DNA of 64,000 nucleotides, from NCBI GenBank assembly GCA_963833225.1, contig CAWHXD010000008.1:224001-288000 (forward strand), written 5' to 3'. Of this stretch, positions 38,916-50,639 are shown one piece after another. Made by a program: the position numbers and the translations under genes. This DNA comes from an uncultured Chloroflexia bacterium. GTDB taxonomy: Bacteria > Chloroflexota > Limnocylindria > Limnocylindrales > CSP1-4. The notes below the pieces were generated by a model, which saw only the letters and a list, made by a program, of their open reading frames with translations, searched no databases and was not told where the DNA came from. Position 1 is the first letter of the stretch. The number at the start of each line of letters is the position of its first letter.

Positions 38916-39033
38916 TTGCCGCGCAGGCCCCCCGTTCGATCGCGGCGAACCGGCTGACTGGTTCCCTGCGTGCAACCGGACAGGTGCTCGCTCGCCGGAG
39001 GGCGCGCGTCGCCGATGACGCGACTCAGGACAA

Positions 39034-39110
<77 letters not shown>

Positions 39111-39161
39111 GGAATGGCAAACGGGCGGCCATCCGGCCGCCCGCAATCGAGGTCAGGAGGG

Positions 39162-39246
39162 TGGTGCCCAGGCCGGGACTTGAACCCGGATGAGTTGCCT
39201 CATACGCCCCTCAAACGTACGCGTATACCAATTCCGCCACCTGGGC
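39162..39246 (-). tRNA. tRNA-Leu(GAG)
   Basis: TACGT-TTGAGGG-GCGTA, long variable arm, CCA. Confidence 0.93.
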
Positions 39247-39287
39247 TGGTGCACCTTCGCCGGCGTCGGGAGGCCCCCACGTGAGGG

Positions 39288-39373
39288 TGGTACCGAGGGA
39301 GGGAGTCGAACCCACACGGCCTTGCAGCCACTGGTACCTGAAACCAGCGCGTCTACCATTCCGCCACCTCGGC
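39288..39373 (-). tRNA. tRNA-Leu(CAG)
   Basis: CTGGT-TTCAGGT-ACCAG, long variable arm, CCA. Confidence 0.93.
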
Positions 39374-39401
39374 CCGACCACGAACCGGGGCCCCCGAGGG
39401 C

Positions 39402-41151
39402 TCACCGGTCTGCAGCGAGGCGCCATGCTAGCACATCCCAATACCGGTCGCCGGTGTCCACGATGAGCCGCGGAGTCACGCCCTCGAGGCCCCGGGCGAG
39501 CATGATCTCGTCGATCCATGCGAGCGGCAAGATGGGTTGCCGGGTGGCCAGGCCGGACGAGGAGCGCCTTCCACGCCGCAGCGCGCTCCTCCTGCGTTCC
39601 GGGCGCGCGTGCCGCCTCCAGGAGCGGGTCCAGGGTCGGGTCCTGGTAGCCGGCGAGGTTGGACCCGGTCGACTGGACCTGTGACGTCGCCAGCAGCGGA
39701 TACAGGTCTGGCTCCAGGCCCTCCGCGATGTCGACGACGGCTGCTGTGAAGCTCCCCTCGCGCAGGCGGGTCGCCAGGTCGGGGGCCTTCACCGTGACCG
39801 CCACGACGTTGAACCCGATCTCACGCCACGCTCGTCGCACGCTGTCCGCGATCGCGGCGAGGCGGGGGTTGGCAGCGGATGGGACGCTCAGGACCTCGAG
39901 CTCGTAGGGGGCCTTGCCGCCGGGCGCGACCCACTTGCCGTCCTTCTTCGTCCAGCCCGCCTTCTCCAGGGCCTTGCCCGCCGCCTTGGGGTCGTAGGCG
40001 ACGGAGCCGGCGGCCGAAGCGTCGTAGACGCCGGACGTCGGCGGGATCAGGGCGTCAGCCCGGGTCGCGTTGCCGCCCAGCACGCTGGCGACGAGCTGGT
40101 CGCGGTCGATCGCCCCGAGGAGCGCGGTCCGGACGGTCTCGTCGCGGAGCTCCTTGTGGCTGACGCGCAGGTTGAGCAGCACGGCGGACAGGGTCGTCTT
40201 GGGGTAGACGTGTCGCTCGAGCGTTGCGTCCTTCGTCACCCCCGCGAGGCGTGGCCGCCGAGAGACCCGAGGCCACGTCCACGTCGCGGGCCTCCAGCGC
40301 GTTGGCCAGCGTGGTCTCGTCCGGATAGAAGCGGACCTCGAGCTCGTCCAGGTAGGGCCTGCGGCAACGCCGCGGTCGCCTGGGGCGCCGGCGTGGCGAG
40401 CGAATCACCCGAAGGCGTCGGGGACGGCACCGCCGGCTGGCTCCTCGAGCTCCGGCGGCAGCACGCCGGACGCGGGCACGAGCGTCGCTCCCTGGTCGCT
40501 CACGTCCAGCAGCGCGAACGGTCCGCTGCCAAGCGGGAGCTGGGCGAAGCTGCTGGTCGCGAGATCCGCGTAGGCAACGTCGCCCAGCAGGTGGGCCGGG
40601 AGGAGAGGCTGGGTGGCCAGCGCCAGGACGCCGGCGATCGGCGTGCCAAGGGTCAGGCGAACGGTCCGGTCATCGAGCGCCTCGACGGTCACATCGGCCC
40701 AGGCCCCGGCGGCGGCGCCCGCTGCGTCTGGACTCTGCAACGCGCCGACCGTATACACCACGTCGTCCGCGGTCACGGGCACCCCGTCCTGCCAGATGGC
40801 ATCCCGACGGATGGTGAACGTCCAGACCGCACCCGTGTCGTCGGTCGACCATGACTCGGCGAGATCCGGCTGGTAGGTGGTGCCGGGGCCAAGCCGCACG
40901 AGCCCGCTGAACACGAGGCCGACCAGCACTCGGTCGGCACGGCTGCGCGCGGTCACCGGGGTGATGGACGTCGGCATGCCAACCACGCCCTCGCGCAGGA
41001 TGATCGGCGGGGGCATGGTGGGGTCAGGCGTCGGCTCGGTCTGTGGACCGGGATCGGTCGCGGCCGGCTGGCGCGGCGTGGCGATCACGCCGCCGAGGAC
41101 GACGAGCACCAGGACCAGCACGGCAACGACCGCGCGATCGAGGCGGTTCAT
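39402..41151 (-). CDS. ABC peptide/nickel substrate-binding protein (family 5), several apparent frameshifts
   Basis: PDLAESW, WQDGVPVTADDVVYT, GSGPF, AIDRDQLV, LEKAGW across frames. Confidence 0.8.
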
Positions 41152-41191
41152 GGGCTCGGGCTTCGGCGATGCGGCCGGGAAGGGGCCGCGC

Positions 41192-41413
41192 TCAGCGGAC
41201 GAAGATGAACGAGACCAGCGCGAAGACGATGAACAGCACGAGCAGCAGGATCGTGAACTGCCACAGCCGGCGCTCCACGCCGCGGCGGCTGCGGTACACG
41301 CCCGAGTCGCCGCCGAACGTGCCGGACAGGCCCGTACCGCGCGCCTGCATCAGGATGGATGCGATCAGCGCGATGCTGAGCAGGATCTGTCCGACGGCCA
41401 GGATAGGGTTCAC
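41192..41413 (-). CDS. secG: Preprotein translocase subunit SecG
   Basis: ILMQARGTGLSGTFGG, RRGVER, two TM helices. Confidence 0.93.
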   Translation of the reverse strand: MNPILAVGQILLSIALIASILMQARGTGLSGTFGGDSGVYRSRRGVERRLWQFTILLLVLFIVFALVSFIFVR

Positions 41414-41486
41414 GAGTGCGGCAACCTCCGTTGGGTGACGGAGGCGGATGGTAGCAGACCCCGCCCTCCGAGCCGTTCCATCGCCG

Positions 41487-43067
41487 TCACGCCGGGTCCA
41501 GCAGCGACCGGCCGGTCATGCCCGCCCAGCGCGGCAGGCCCGCCAGATCGAGAATGGTGGGCGCCACGTCGGCGAGCACCCCGTCCCGCAGCGTCCGGCC
41601 GTCGAGGGCACGGCCCATGCCGAGCAGGGGAACCGGGTTGAGCGAGTGCTTGGTCACGGGTTTGCCGGCGTCGTCGATCATGTCGTCCGCGTTGCCGTGA
41701 TCGGCGGTGACGAGCAGGGCAGCACCCCGGCCCGTCGTGGTCCGCGGCGTCGACCGCGTCGATCGCGTCGAAGACCGCGCCCAGGCAGCCGTCGATGACC
41801 CCGAGCGCCGTCACCGTGGCATCCCAGACACCCGTGTGGGCGACCATGTCGGGGTTCGCGAAGTTGGCGACGATGAAGTCGTACCGGCCGCTCCCGATCG
41901 CGGCGACCAGCTCCTCGGTCACGCCGGCGGCGCTCATCTCCGGCTGCAGGTCGTAGGTCGCGACCTTGGGCGACGGGACCAGCCGGCGAACCTCGCCCGG
42001 CCAGGCAGCTTCCACCCCGCCGTTGAAGAAGTAGGTGACGTGGGCGTACTTCTCGGTCTCCGCGACGTGGAACTGCGTCCAGCCGGCCTCGCTGAAGGCC
42101 TGGGCGAGCGAGCGCGCCTCCTCGGGTCCGAAGGCCACCTCGACCGGCAGCCCCGATTCGTACTCGGTCATGGTGACGACCAGCAGGTCCGCGGGAGCGG
42201 GCCGTCCGGAGGGAGAGGTGCGGTCGAAGTCGGCGAAGTCCGGCTCCGACAGCGCATGCGTCAGCTGGCGCGCCCGGTCGGCCCGGAAGTTGAAGTGCAC
42301 GATGGGGTCGCCGTCGCGCAGGGCGCCCTCGGTGCCGTCGACGATCGTTGGGGCCACGAACTCGTCGGTCTCGCCGCGTGCGTAGGCCTCCTCGATCGCC
42401 CCGACCGCGGACGCGGCGTGCAGCCCCTCGGCGTGGACGATCGCGTCGTAGCCGCGCTCGGTCCGCTCCCAGCGCCGATCACGGTCCATCGCGTAGTAGC
42501 GACCGCCGACCGAGGCGATCCGCACGTCCGGGTGCGCCGTGGCCAGACGGGCTTCAAGGTCTCGCATGAACGCCAGGGCGGAGCTGGGCGGCGTGTCACG
42601 ACCGTCGAGCAGCGCATGGATCCTCACCGCTGGCACGCCGAGGCGCGCCGCCAGCTCGACGAGCGCCACCAGATGCCGGTCGTTGGCATGGACGCCCCCG
42701 GGGCCGATGAGTCCCACCGCGTGCAGACGACCCGTCCGCTTCGCGCGCTCGCACGCGGCCAGCAGCGCGGGTCGCGTCGCGAACGAGCCGTCGGCGATCG
42801 CTGCGTCGATCCGCGGCAGGTCCTGCAGGACGGGCCGTCCCGCGCCCAGGTTGAGGTGTCCCACCTCGGAGTTCCCCATCTGGCCCGCGGGCAGGCCAAC
42901 GGCATCCTCCGACGCGCGCAGCGCCGAGTGTGGCCGGCGGGCCAGGGCGGCCCGCCAGCGGGGCATCGACGCGGCCGCGATCGCGTCCTTCGCCGGGTCG
43001 GGGCCGATGCCGAACCCGTCGAGCACGACCAGGACGATGGGCCGCGGCCGGGACGCCCTTCGCTCAC
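41487..43067 (-). CDS. gpmI: 2,3-BPG-independent phosphoglycerate mutase (apparent frameshifts)
   Basis: LVVLDGFG, MGNSEVGH, AETEKYAHVT, NPDMVAH, LADVAPTIL. Confidence 0.93.
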
Positions 43068-43853
43068 GAGGCGAGGCCGCGCGCCTGCGCCGTGATCCCC
43101 GCTCGAGCGGCGATGCCGGCCATCTCGTCCGGCTTGAGCGAGGCCCCGCCGATGAGCGCCCCGTCCACGCCCGGCTCGGCGAGGAACTCGCCGATGTTCG
43201 CGGACGTGACAGAGCCGCCGTACAGGACGGGCGTGGCCTCGGCGCCGTCGCCCCAGCCCAGGCCGCGCAGGCTCGTCCGGATGGCGTCGGCCATCGCTGC
43301 CGCATCGGAGCCGAAGGCGTTCTTGCCGGTCCCGATGGCCCACACGGGCTCATAGGCGATCACGATCCCCGCGGCGAGGAGCGCGGCGGGATCACGCCCC
43401 TCGAGGGCGCCCACGAGCTGCGCGTTGACGACCTGCGTCTCGCGGCCGGCCTCGCGGTCCGCGAGGACCTCGCCGACGCACAGGATCGGTCGGAGGCCGC
43501 CGGCCACGGCGCGGTCCAGCTTGCTGCCGATCAGGGCGTCGGTCTCGGCGAAGGAGGCGCGGCGCTCGGAGTGCCCGAGGATGACCCAGGTCGCGAGGCC
43601 GTCCAGCATGGGCACCGACACCTCGCCGGTGTACGCCCCGGCGAGCTCATGGTGGACGTTCTGGGCACCAACCCCCACGTCCTCGCCCACCAGGGCGTCC
43701 CGGACGGCGGTCAGGCAGACATACGGTGGGCAGATGACCCGGGTGACCCCGGGCTCCCTGCGTCCGGGAGGCGATGATCCGCGCGAGCTCACCGGCATCG
43801 GCGGGGGTGGTGTTCATCTTCCAGTTGGCGGCAATCACGATCGGGCGGTTCAT
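43064..43853 (-). CDS. tpiA: Triosephosphate isomerase (apparent frameshift ~43770)
   Basis: ANWKMN, GHSERR, AYEPVWAIGTG, YGGSV, GGASL. Confidence 0.95.
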
Positions 43854-43859
43854 GCCCGC

Positions 43860-44790
43860 AATGATGCCAGAGGGCGGCGGCCCTACCGACGGCCGACCGG
43901 CCTCCCGGGACCCGCCGCGCGGCCCGGAGACCGCCGGCCGTCGAGGCACCCCGGACCCGCGCCGGATGGCCCCCCGTGGCGCAGCCCGATCGCCCTCGTC
44001 GTCGTGGAGCGCGAGGCGCTCCACGCCGGTCCAGCGCCCGCTGGACGGTGCTCCGGTGCAGCTCGAGGCGGGCGGCGATGTCGGACAGGGACGCCTCCGG
44101 GGTCTCGCGGCGGGCCTCGGCGACGGCGCGCACGGTGCGCGGCTGGGTCGCGAGGCGGCCGTCCGCCTCGAGGGTGTCGATCGCGGCCAGCTGGCGGCCG
44201 GCGGCCTCGACCGACCGCTGGAGGTTGGCCGACTCCGCGTTGAGCACCCGGTTCAGCTCCCCGCGCAGGGTCCTCGCCACGCTCCGCGCCTCAAGCTCGA
44301 GGAGCGCGGCACTGCCCCCGATCCGCCCGAGGAACGCGGTGATCGACTCGGTGCTCTTCCAGGTCACCACTCCCTGCCCCCGGCGAAGGCGCCACGACGC
44401 GGGCAGGCCGACATCGGCCAGGCGGGTCGCGAGCTGCCGCGCATCTTCCGCCGGCACCGTGAACTCGAGGTGCGCCGCGGCCGGCCGCAAGGCTGAGCGA
44501 GCCGCGAGCGAGGAACCGGCCGCGCAGCCAGGCGAGGCGGCAGTGGTCGGCCGCGGCAGTCCCAGTCGCAGGTCGGCCTCGGGGAGCAGGAACGTGCGAC
44601 GGGAGACTCCCGCACCCTCGCGGGCGTGCCCGCCGAGGCGGACCACGAGACGGGCGACGGCCGGCTCCCGGGCATGGATTCGGGCTCCGAGCCCGGCGAT
44701 CTCGGCCTGTCGGTCGCAGGCGCGAGCCGGGTCGATGGCGGCCAGCTCGGCTCGCAGCGCGGCCACGAGGTCGCGGTCGGAGCCGGACAT
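43860..44790 (-). CDS. whiA: WhiA family DNA-binding protein (frameshifts; 3' end uncertain)
   Basis: [28 protein letters not shown]; rapZ-yvcK-whiA order. Confidence 0.85.
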
Positions 44791-44799
44791 CGGCTCCCG

Positions 44800-46203
44800 T
44801 CAGGACGCGCGCACGCGCGCGCGTGGAGGCGAGCGGCGCCGGTGGCCGCCCTGCCGTCTCCCAGATCCGCATGATCGCGGCAGCGAGCCGGGCCGGGTCG
44901 TGGCGATGGGCGTTGGCCGGGTCGACGATGTCATCGAGCACGAGCCGCGGGCCGGCGCCTGCCAGCTCCGGTCCGGCGGCCACCGGAGGCGGACCGGCTC
45001 GCCGAGCCAGCCCTCGGGCGCGGCGGCGTTCGAACCGGTTGTTGGCCAGGACGACGTCCAGCAGGCTCGCCGGCGCCATGGCGGTCGAGCGCCTCGATGT
45101 GGTCGGCGAGGTCGTAGCCGCCGGTCTCGCCGGCCTGGGTGGCCACGTTGCACGCGAAGACGACGCAGCGCGCCCGAGGCCGCGATCGCCTCGCGGATCC
45201 CGGGGACCAGCAGGGCCGGGCAGGATGCTGGTGTACAGGCTGCCCGGGCCGATGACGATCATGTCCGCCTCCTCGATCGCCCGCAGGGCATCGGCGCAGG
45301 CGCGGACATCCGCCGGTGTCACCCACACCCGCTCCACGGCCGCGGTGCGCGCCGATCCGGCTCTGGCCCTCGACCTCGGTGCCGTCGCGCAGGCGAGCGT
45401 GCAGGCTGAGCGCGGTGCCGGTCGCCGGGAGCACCCGCCCACGGACCGCGAGCACGCGGTTCATCTCGCGGACGCCCTCCTCGAAATCACCGTCCTCGAG
45501 GGCGACCAGCGCGGCCAGGAGCAGGTTGCCGACGGCGTGCCCGCCCAGCCCGACCGAGAGCGCCTCGGCCCCGCGAGCCGGGGGCAGGCCATGCTCGGAG
45601 TCGGCCGCCGGGACAGCCGGCCCGGTGCCCGGGAACCGGTACTGGAGCAGCCGGCCCATCGCGGCTCGGCATCGGCAAGCGCGACCACGCAGTTGCGGAT
45701 GTCGCCCACGGCCGGGATCCCCAGCTCGGCCCGCAGCGACGCCCGACGATCCCCCGTCGTCGGCCACGGTGACCACCGCGGTCAGGTTCGAGGTGTGCTC
45801 CTTGAGGCCGCGAAGGAGCGCGGACAGGCCGGTGCCACCGCCGATCGCCGCCATCCGCGGGCCCCTTGCCAGGAAGCGCTTCTGGTAGATGACCTCGACC
45901 ATCGGCTGGTCGCGGTCCCAGAGCGCGAACGGGTCCACCAGCGCACGCACCAGGCGGTAGGCGCCGAGGAGGAACAGGGCCAGGCCGAGGACGCCCGCGA
46001 TGAGCCCGCGCAGCTGGTACGGCAGGAACTGCAGGGTCAGCACGTCGAGCACCGTCATGACCGGGCCGCCGGGCTCGGCGGAGGCGGTGACCTGGCGGAT
46101 GACGTGTGCGACGCCGATCGCGAGGACGAGCAGCCCGAGGAAGGCGACCAGGAGCCAGCGCTTGACGCCGATGCCCGACGGCCAGCCAGCGGCGGAGGTT
46201 CAC
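44800..46203 (-). CDS. yvcK: YvcK/GlmR family protein with N-terminal TM helices (frameshifts)
   Basis: [37 protein letters not shown]. Confidence 0.88.
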
Positions 46204-47161
46204 CGCTCAAGCTCGCGGTGGAAGACCGAGACGGGTCCGAAGTCCCGCTCCCGGAGCCACTGCGCCAGCTCCTCGCTCATCACGATCGAGCGGTGCCAGC
46301 CGCCGGTGCACCCGATCGCGATCGTGAGCCGGGTCTTGCCCTCCTCGACATAGGCCGGCACCAGCAGGTCGAGGAGATCCTCGAGCCGGTCGAGGAACCC
46401 CGCCGCGATGGGCTGGCCGAGGACGTACGTCGCGCACCTCGGCGCGTGAGGCCGGAGCGCGGCCGCAGCGCCTCGATGTAGTGCGGGTTCTTCATGAACC
46501 GGACGTCGAGCACGAGGTCCGCCTCGAGCGGCACGCCGTACTTGAAGCCGAAGCTGATGAGCTGGATCGACGAGCCGCTCCGAACCCTGGACATCGCCGA
46601 GGCGCGCGAAGATCCGCTCCCGCAGCTCGCGCAGGGCGAGGTCGCTGCGTATCGAGGATCACGTCCGCCTGCGCGCGAACCGAGTCCAGCATCGCGCGCT
46701 CCTGCGCGATGGACGCGGCGATCCCCCGCTCGTCGGCCAGTGGATGCCGGTGGCGGGTCTCGCTGAAGCGCCGGATCAGGATGTCGTCGCGCGCCTCCAG
46801 GAAGATGATGACCGGGCGGATCCCGCGTCCCTCGAGCGCGCCCGCGCATGGCCCCGAACGCGAGTGGCACGTCGCCCGTCCGGACATCGAGCACGATCGC
46901 CGTCCGGCCGTAGCGGCGGGGTCGGTGGCGATCAGGTCGGCGAGGTCGCGCAGCAGCTCGCCCGGCAGGTTGTCGACGACGACGTAGCCCAGGTCCTCGA
47001 ACAGCTTCGCCGCGGCCGTCTTGCCGCCCCCCGACAGGCCGGTGAGCACCACCACCTGCTGGTCACCCGGTGGCCCATCCCGGTGGCGCCCGGGCCGGCG
47101 GTCCACGCCCGCGGTCGGTCGCCGTGGAGGTGTCGAGGAGGGGCTGTTCGTCGTCCGTCAT
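46200..47161 (-). CDS. rapZ: RNase adapter RapZ/YvcJ (frameshifts; start uncertain)
   Basis: [47 protein letters not shown]. Confidence 0.9.
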
Positions 47162-47177
47162 GCCAGCTCCGACCGGC

Positions 47178-47972
47178 TCACTTGCCGCTGCGCCTGATGA
47201 ACAGGATGGTCAGCTCGAAGAGCAGGTACATCGTGCCACCCAGCGCCATCGGGCTGACGAGGTCACCGCCGGGCGTGATCGCCGCCGCGAAGATCGCGAT
47301 CCCGAGCAGCGCGATCCGCCGGCCGGAAGCCAGGCGCTGGGAGGTGACGATGCCCACCCGGGACAGCCCGAACAGCACGATCGGGAACTCCATGACCAGG
47401 CCGAAGGCGAGGAAGATCGTGGTCACGAAGTCGAAGTACGGACCCGCCGCCAGGTTGGCGACGAGCTGATTGTCCGTGAACCCGAGCAGGAAGCCGACGG
47501 CAGCGGGCAGCACCAGGTAGGCGATGCCGACGCCCAGCGCGAAGAAGCACAGCGCCAGCGGGATCCACGGCCGGACGATCCGCTTCTCGCGTCGGTGAGG
47601 CCGGGGGACACGAAGCGCCCAGATCTGCCACAGCAGGACCGGCATCGCGAGGATGATCCCGGCGACGACGGAGATGCGCAGGGCGATGGCGAACGCGTCT
47701 CCAGGCCCGAGAACCTGGACGGTCTTGGTGGGCAGCGGGTCCAGGAGGACGTTCCGGATCTGCTCCCAGAAGATGAAGCCGACGACGCTCCCCAGCGCGA
47801 TCGCGATCACGGACTTGACCAGCCGGTTGCGCAGCTCGACCAGGTGACCGACGAGGGACATCTCGCCCGGCGCCGGGGCAGGCGAGGCCGAGGCTGGGGA
47901 CGGAGACGGCGGCGCGGGGTCCGTCACCCGGGCCGGGGCGGTGTCCTCACCGCCAGCTTCGATCTCGGCCAT
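47178..47972 (-). CDS. tatC: Twin-arginine translocase TatC
   Basis: MSLVGHLVELRNRL, MEFP, ITPGGD; a short compensating frameshift near 47590 is likely. Confidence 0.95.
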   Translation of the reverse strand: MAEIEAGGEDTAPARVTDPAPPSPSPASASPAPAPGEMSLVGHLVELRNRLVKSVIAIALGSVVGFIFWEQIRNVLLDPLPTKTVQVLGPGDAFAIALRISVVAGIILAMPVLLWQIWALRVPRPHRREKRIVRPWIPLALCFFALGVGIAYLVLPAAVGFLLGFTDNQLVANLAAGPYFDFVTTIFLAFGLVMEFPIVLFGLSRVGIVTSQRLASGRRIALLGIAIFAAAITPGGDLVSPMALGGTMYLLFELTILFIRRSGK

Positions 47973-48002
47973 GCGGGCGCGGTCCGGGGCGTGGCTGACG
48001 TG

Positions 48003-48443
48003 CTACGCCGACGGCGTGGACTGCTGCTCGTCGACCGGGGTGACTTCGGCCGGCCACTCGGATGCCGGCGCGGCGGCCGCCTCGGCCCCTGCGACTTCCT
48101 GGGCCTCCGTGGCTGCGGGGCCTTCAGCGCCTGCGGCGGGTCCAACCGGGGCCGCGACCTGGCTGGCTGCCGACGCGGGCGGCATGGCGGGCACGGGGGG
48201 CGCCGAGGAGACGGCGGGCAGGGCCGCCTGCGCGGGCGGGGTCGCCGGCGCTGCGCCTGGCGCTTCCGGCGCGGCCGGGGCGTCCATGCTCGTGGACTCC
48301 TTCACGTCGGCCGCCGCCTTGCGGAACTCGCGGATGCTCTTGCCCAGCGAGGCGCCGACATCCGGCAGACGGCCCGGGCCCACGACGATGAGCGCAATGA
48401 TCAGGACGATGATGAGCTCACCCGGTCCGATATTGAACGGCAT
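48003..48443 (-). CDS. tatA: Twin-arginine translocase TatA/TatB
   Basis: GPGELII...GPGRLPDVGASLGKSIREFRK. Confidence 0.9.
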   Translation of the reverse strand: MPFNIGPGELIIVLIIALIVVGPGRLPDVGASLGKSIREFRKAAADVKESTSMDAPAAPEAPGAAPATPPAQAALPAVSSAPPVPAMPPASAASQVAAPVGPAAGAEGPAATEAQEVAGAEAAAAPASEWPAEVTPVDEQQSTPSA

Positions 48444-48495
48444 GACCAGCGTCGACCTCGTGACGGAGCGGTCCGCTCCCTGATATTGAAGGGCG

Positions 48496-49371
48496 TCAGG
48501 TTAGCACAGCGAGCCGGTTCGCCCACGCTCGCGCGGCCTCCGCCAGGCGCCCACCGGCGTCCCCTGACCCCCCGCCGGACGGTCCGTCGAGCGCCGCTTG
48601 CGCGATCCCCCGCGACACGTTGACGAGCAGGCCGCCGCCAGGGCGTCCACCAGCCGGTCCGCCGATCGCGGAGCCATGGGCCAGCACGGAGGCGATGTCA
48701 CCCCCCTGGGCGCCGACGCCAGGCACCAGGAAGGCGAGGCCCGGGGCCAGCATCCGGATCGCGGCGAGCTCGGCGGGCGCCGTGGCGCCGACCACCAGCC
48801 CGACCGTGCCACCGGGCCCCCAGGCCGTCGCCCGGCGGGCGACACGGGCCCAGAGCGGCTCCGACGGATCGCCGGCCGCGTCATCCGCGGCAACCTCGAG
48901 CCCCTGGAGCTCGGTGCCTCCCGGGTTCGAGGTCCGGCACAGGACGTACGCGAACCGGTCCGGGCGCTCGAGCAACGGGGCGATGGCCTCCTCGCCGAGG
49001 TATGGGTTGACGGTCACCGCGTCGGCCCCGAGGACGTCAAACAGGGCCACGGCCTGCCTGGCCGCCGTGGTCCCGATGTCGCCGCGCTTGGCGTCGGCCA
49101 CTACCGGCACGTCGGCCGGGATCCCGGCGCGAAGCCGCTCGAGGGCCGCGAGCCCGGCCGAGCCGTATGCCTCGAAGAACGCGAGGTTGGGCTTGACAGC
49201 GGCGGCGTACGGGAGCGATGCCTCGAGGATCAGCCGCGAGAAGGCTTCAACGCCGGCGAGGCCCGCCGGGAAGCCGGCCGGGAGCGCGGCGGGGTCGGGG
49301 TCCAGCCCCACGCACAGGACCGTCCGGGTCGACGCCGTCCGCGCCGCCAGCCGCTCCAGGTAACCGGGCAT
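48496..49371 (-). CDS. pyrF: Orotidine-5'-phosphate decarboxylase (type 2)
   Basis: CVGLDP, KPNLAFF, DAKRGDIG, LVPGVGAQGG, NVSR. Confidence 0.95.
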   Translation of the reverse strand: MPGYLERLAARTASTRTVLCVGLDPDPAALPAGFPAGLAGVEAFSRLILEASLPYAAAVKPNLAFFEAYGSAGLAALERLRAGIPADVPVVADAKRGDIGTTAARQAVALFDVLGADAVTVNPYLGEEAIAPLLERPDRFAYVLCRTSNPGGTELQGLEVAADDAAGDPSEPLWARVARRATAWGPGGTVGLVVGATAPAELAAIRMLAPGLAFLVPGVGAQGGDIASVLAHGSAIGGPAGGRPGGGLLVNVSRGIAQAALDGPSGGGSGDAGGRLAEAARAWANRLAVLT

Positions 49372-50639
49372 CACGAGCCCGCGGGGGACACGACGGGAGT
49401 GGGCGAAGGCGTGGGCGCCGGCAGCTGGTCCTTCGGGATCCACCAGCCCGGCCGCGAGATGCTCTCGAGCCCGGCATTGGTCGTCAGGTCGACCGTGTCG
49501 TCGACGGTCCACGCGGGCGCCGCACCGCCGAGGACGGCCAGCCGCAGGTCAACGACCTGCCCCGACACGTGCAGGTAGGCGATCTGGTTCCCGGCCGGCG
49601 ACCACACTGGCCCCCAGCTGTTGCCGTCGTCCGTGATCCGGACCAGCTCGGCACCACTTGAGGCATCGAGGATGACCACGTCCGTCCCGAACGAGCTCGT
49701 GCGCGTCGCGGCAAGGTAGCGGCCGTCCGGTGACCACGCCGGGTGGAGGTAGCCGGGTCCCGTGACCGCCTTCGTCTTGCCGGTTGACGGGGTGTAGAGG
49801 TAGATCCGCGGGGTGCCCTTGGCGCCGTCCCGGTCGTTGCGCACGTAGGCGATGCGCTGGCCATCCGGGCGCCAGGCCGCGTCCTGGTGCCCCAGCGGTG
49901 AACGCTGGTCGAGACCCGGGTCCGTGATCTTGCCGTTCTTGACGTTGAGCAGCTTGAGGGTGACGTCGCTGCGGGTTGGATCGGGCAGGTCGCTCACCAT
50001 CGCGATCGTGCTGCCATCCGGGGACACCACCGGGTTGCGGATGAAGCCCATCCACTTGAGGGTGCCCGGCGGGTCCACGAGACCGTCATAGACCTTGACG
50101 ACCGGGCCATCGGCGGTGGGGATGCGCATGATCGCCGGCACGTCCATGTCGTACTTGCGGATCACCCCGTTCACGCTCCAGGCGCCCTCCATCGCCCGGG
50201 TGCGCACGAAGTACACGGCGCTCCCGTCCCCCGAGAACGACGGCATGCTGTCCCTGCCGCTGTTGGTCAGCTGCTTCGCCTGCCCGTTCGACTGCACCCA
50301 GATGTTGCCATCCTTGGCATACACGAACGTGCCCGGGATCTCCAGCCCCGGTTCCTCGGTCGGCACGACCACGATGCCGGACGGGGTGGGGGTCTTGATC
50401 ACCTTCGGGTCGTCCGTCGGCGCCGGACCTCCGCTGCCGCCGTTGTTGCCGGCGCCGCCACCACCGAAGCTGGGGAGCTGGCCAGACAGCAACGTGAGCG
50501 ACACGGCGGCCACGACCACCAGGCCGACGACCGACACGATCGCGGCGATCGGAGTCCCTGCAGGCAGCAGACCATAGGGGTCCCGACCGGACGGCGGACG
50601 GGCGGCGCGGGGACGGCCAGCGCGCGATGAGCGGGTCAT
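49371..50639 (-). CDS. Membrane-anchored TolB-like/PD40 beta-propeller protein
   Basis: N-terminal TM helix; repeated P.WSPDG-type motifs. Confidence 0.85.
   Translation of the reverse strand: MTRSSRAGRPRAARPPSGRDPYGLLPAGTPIAAIVSVVGLVVVAAVSLTLLSGQLPSFGGGGAGNNGGSGGPAPTDDPKVIKTPTPSGIVVVPTEEPGLEIPGTFVYAKDGNIWVQSNGQAKQLTNSGRDSMPSFSGDGSAVYFVRTRAMEGAWSVNGVIRKYDMDVPAIMRIPTADGPVVKVYDGLVDPPGTLKWMGFIRNPVVSPDGSTIAMVSDLPDPTRSDVTLKLLNVKNGKITDPGLDQRSPLGHQDAAWRPDGQRIAYVRNDRDGAKGTPRIYLYTPSTGKTKAVTGPGYLHPAWSPDGRYLAATRTSSFGTDVVILDASSGAELVRITDDGNSWGPVWSPAGNQIAYLHVSGQVVDLRLAVLGGAAPAWTVDDTVDLTTNAGLESISRPGWWIPKDQLPAPTPSPTPVVSPAGS

Noticed and set aside
43647-44024. WhiA-TpiA fusion
   Set aside because: The in-frame join lies in an indel-prone stretch, and tpiA has its own ATG with a -10-like element.
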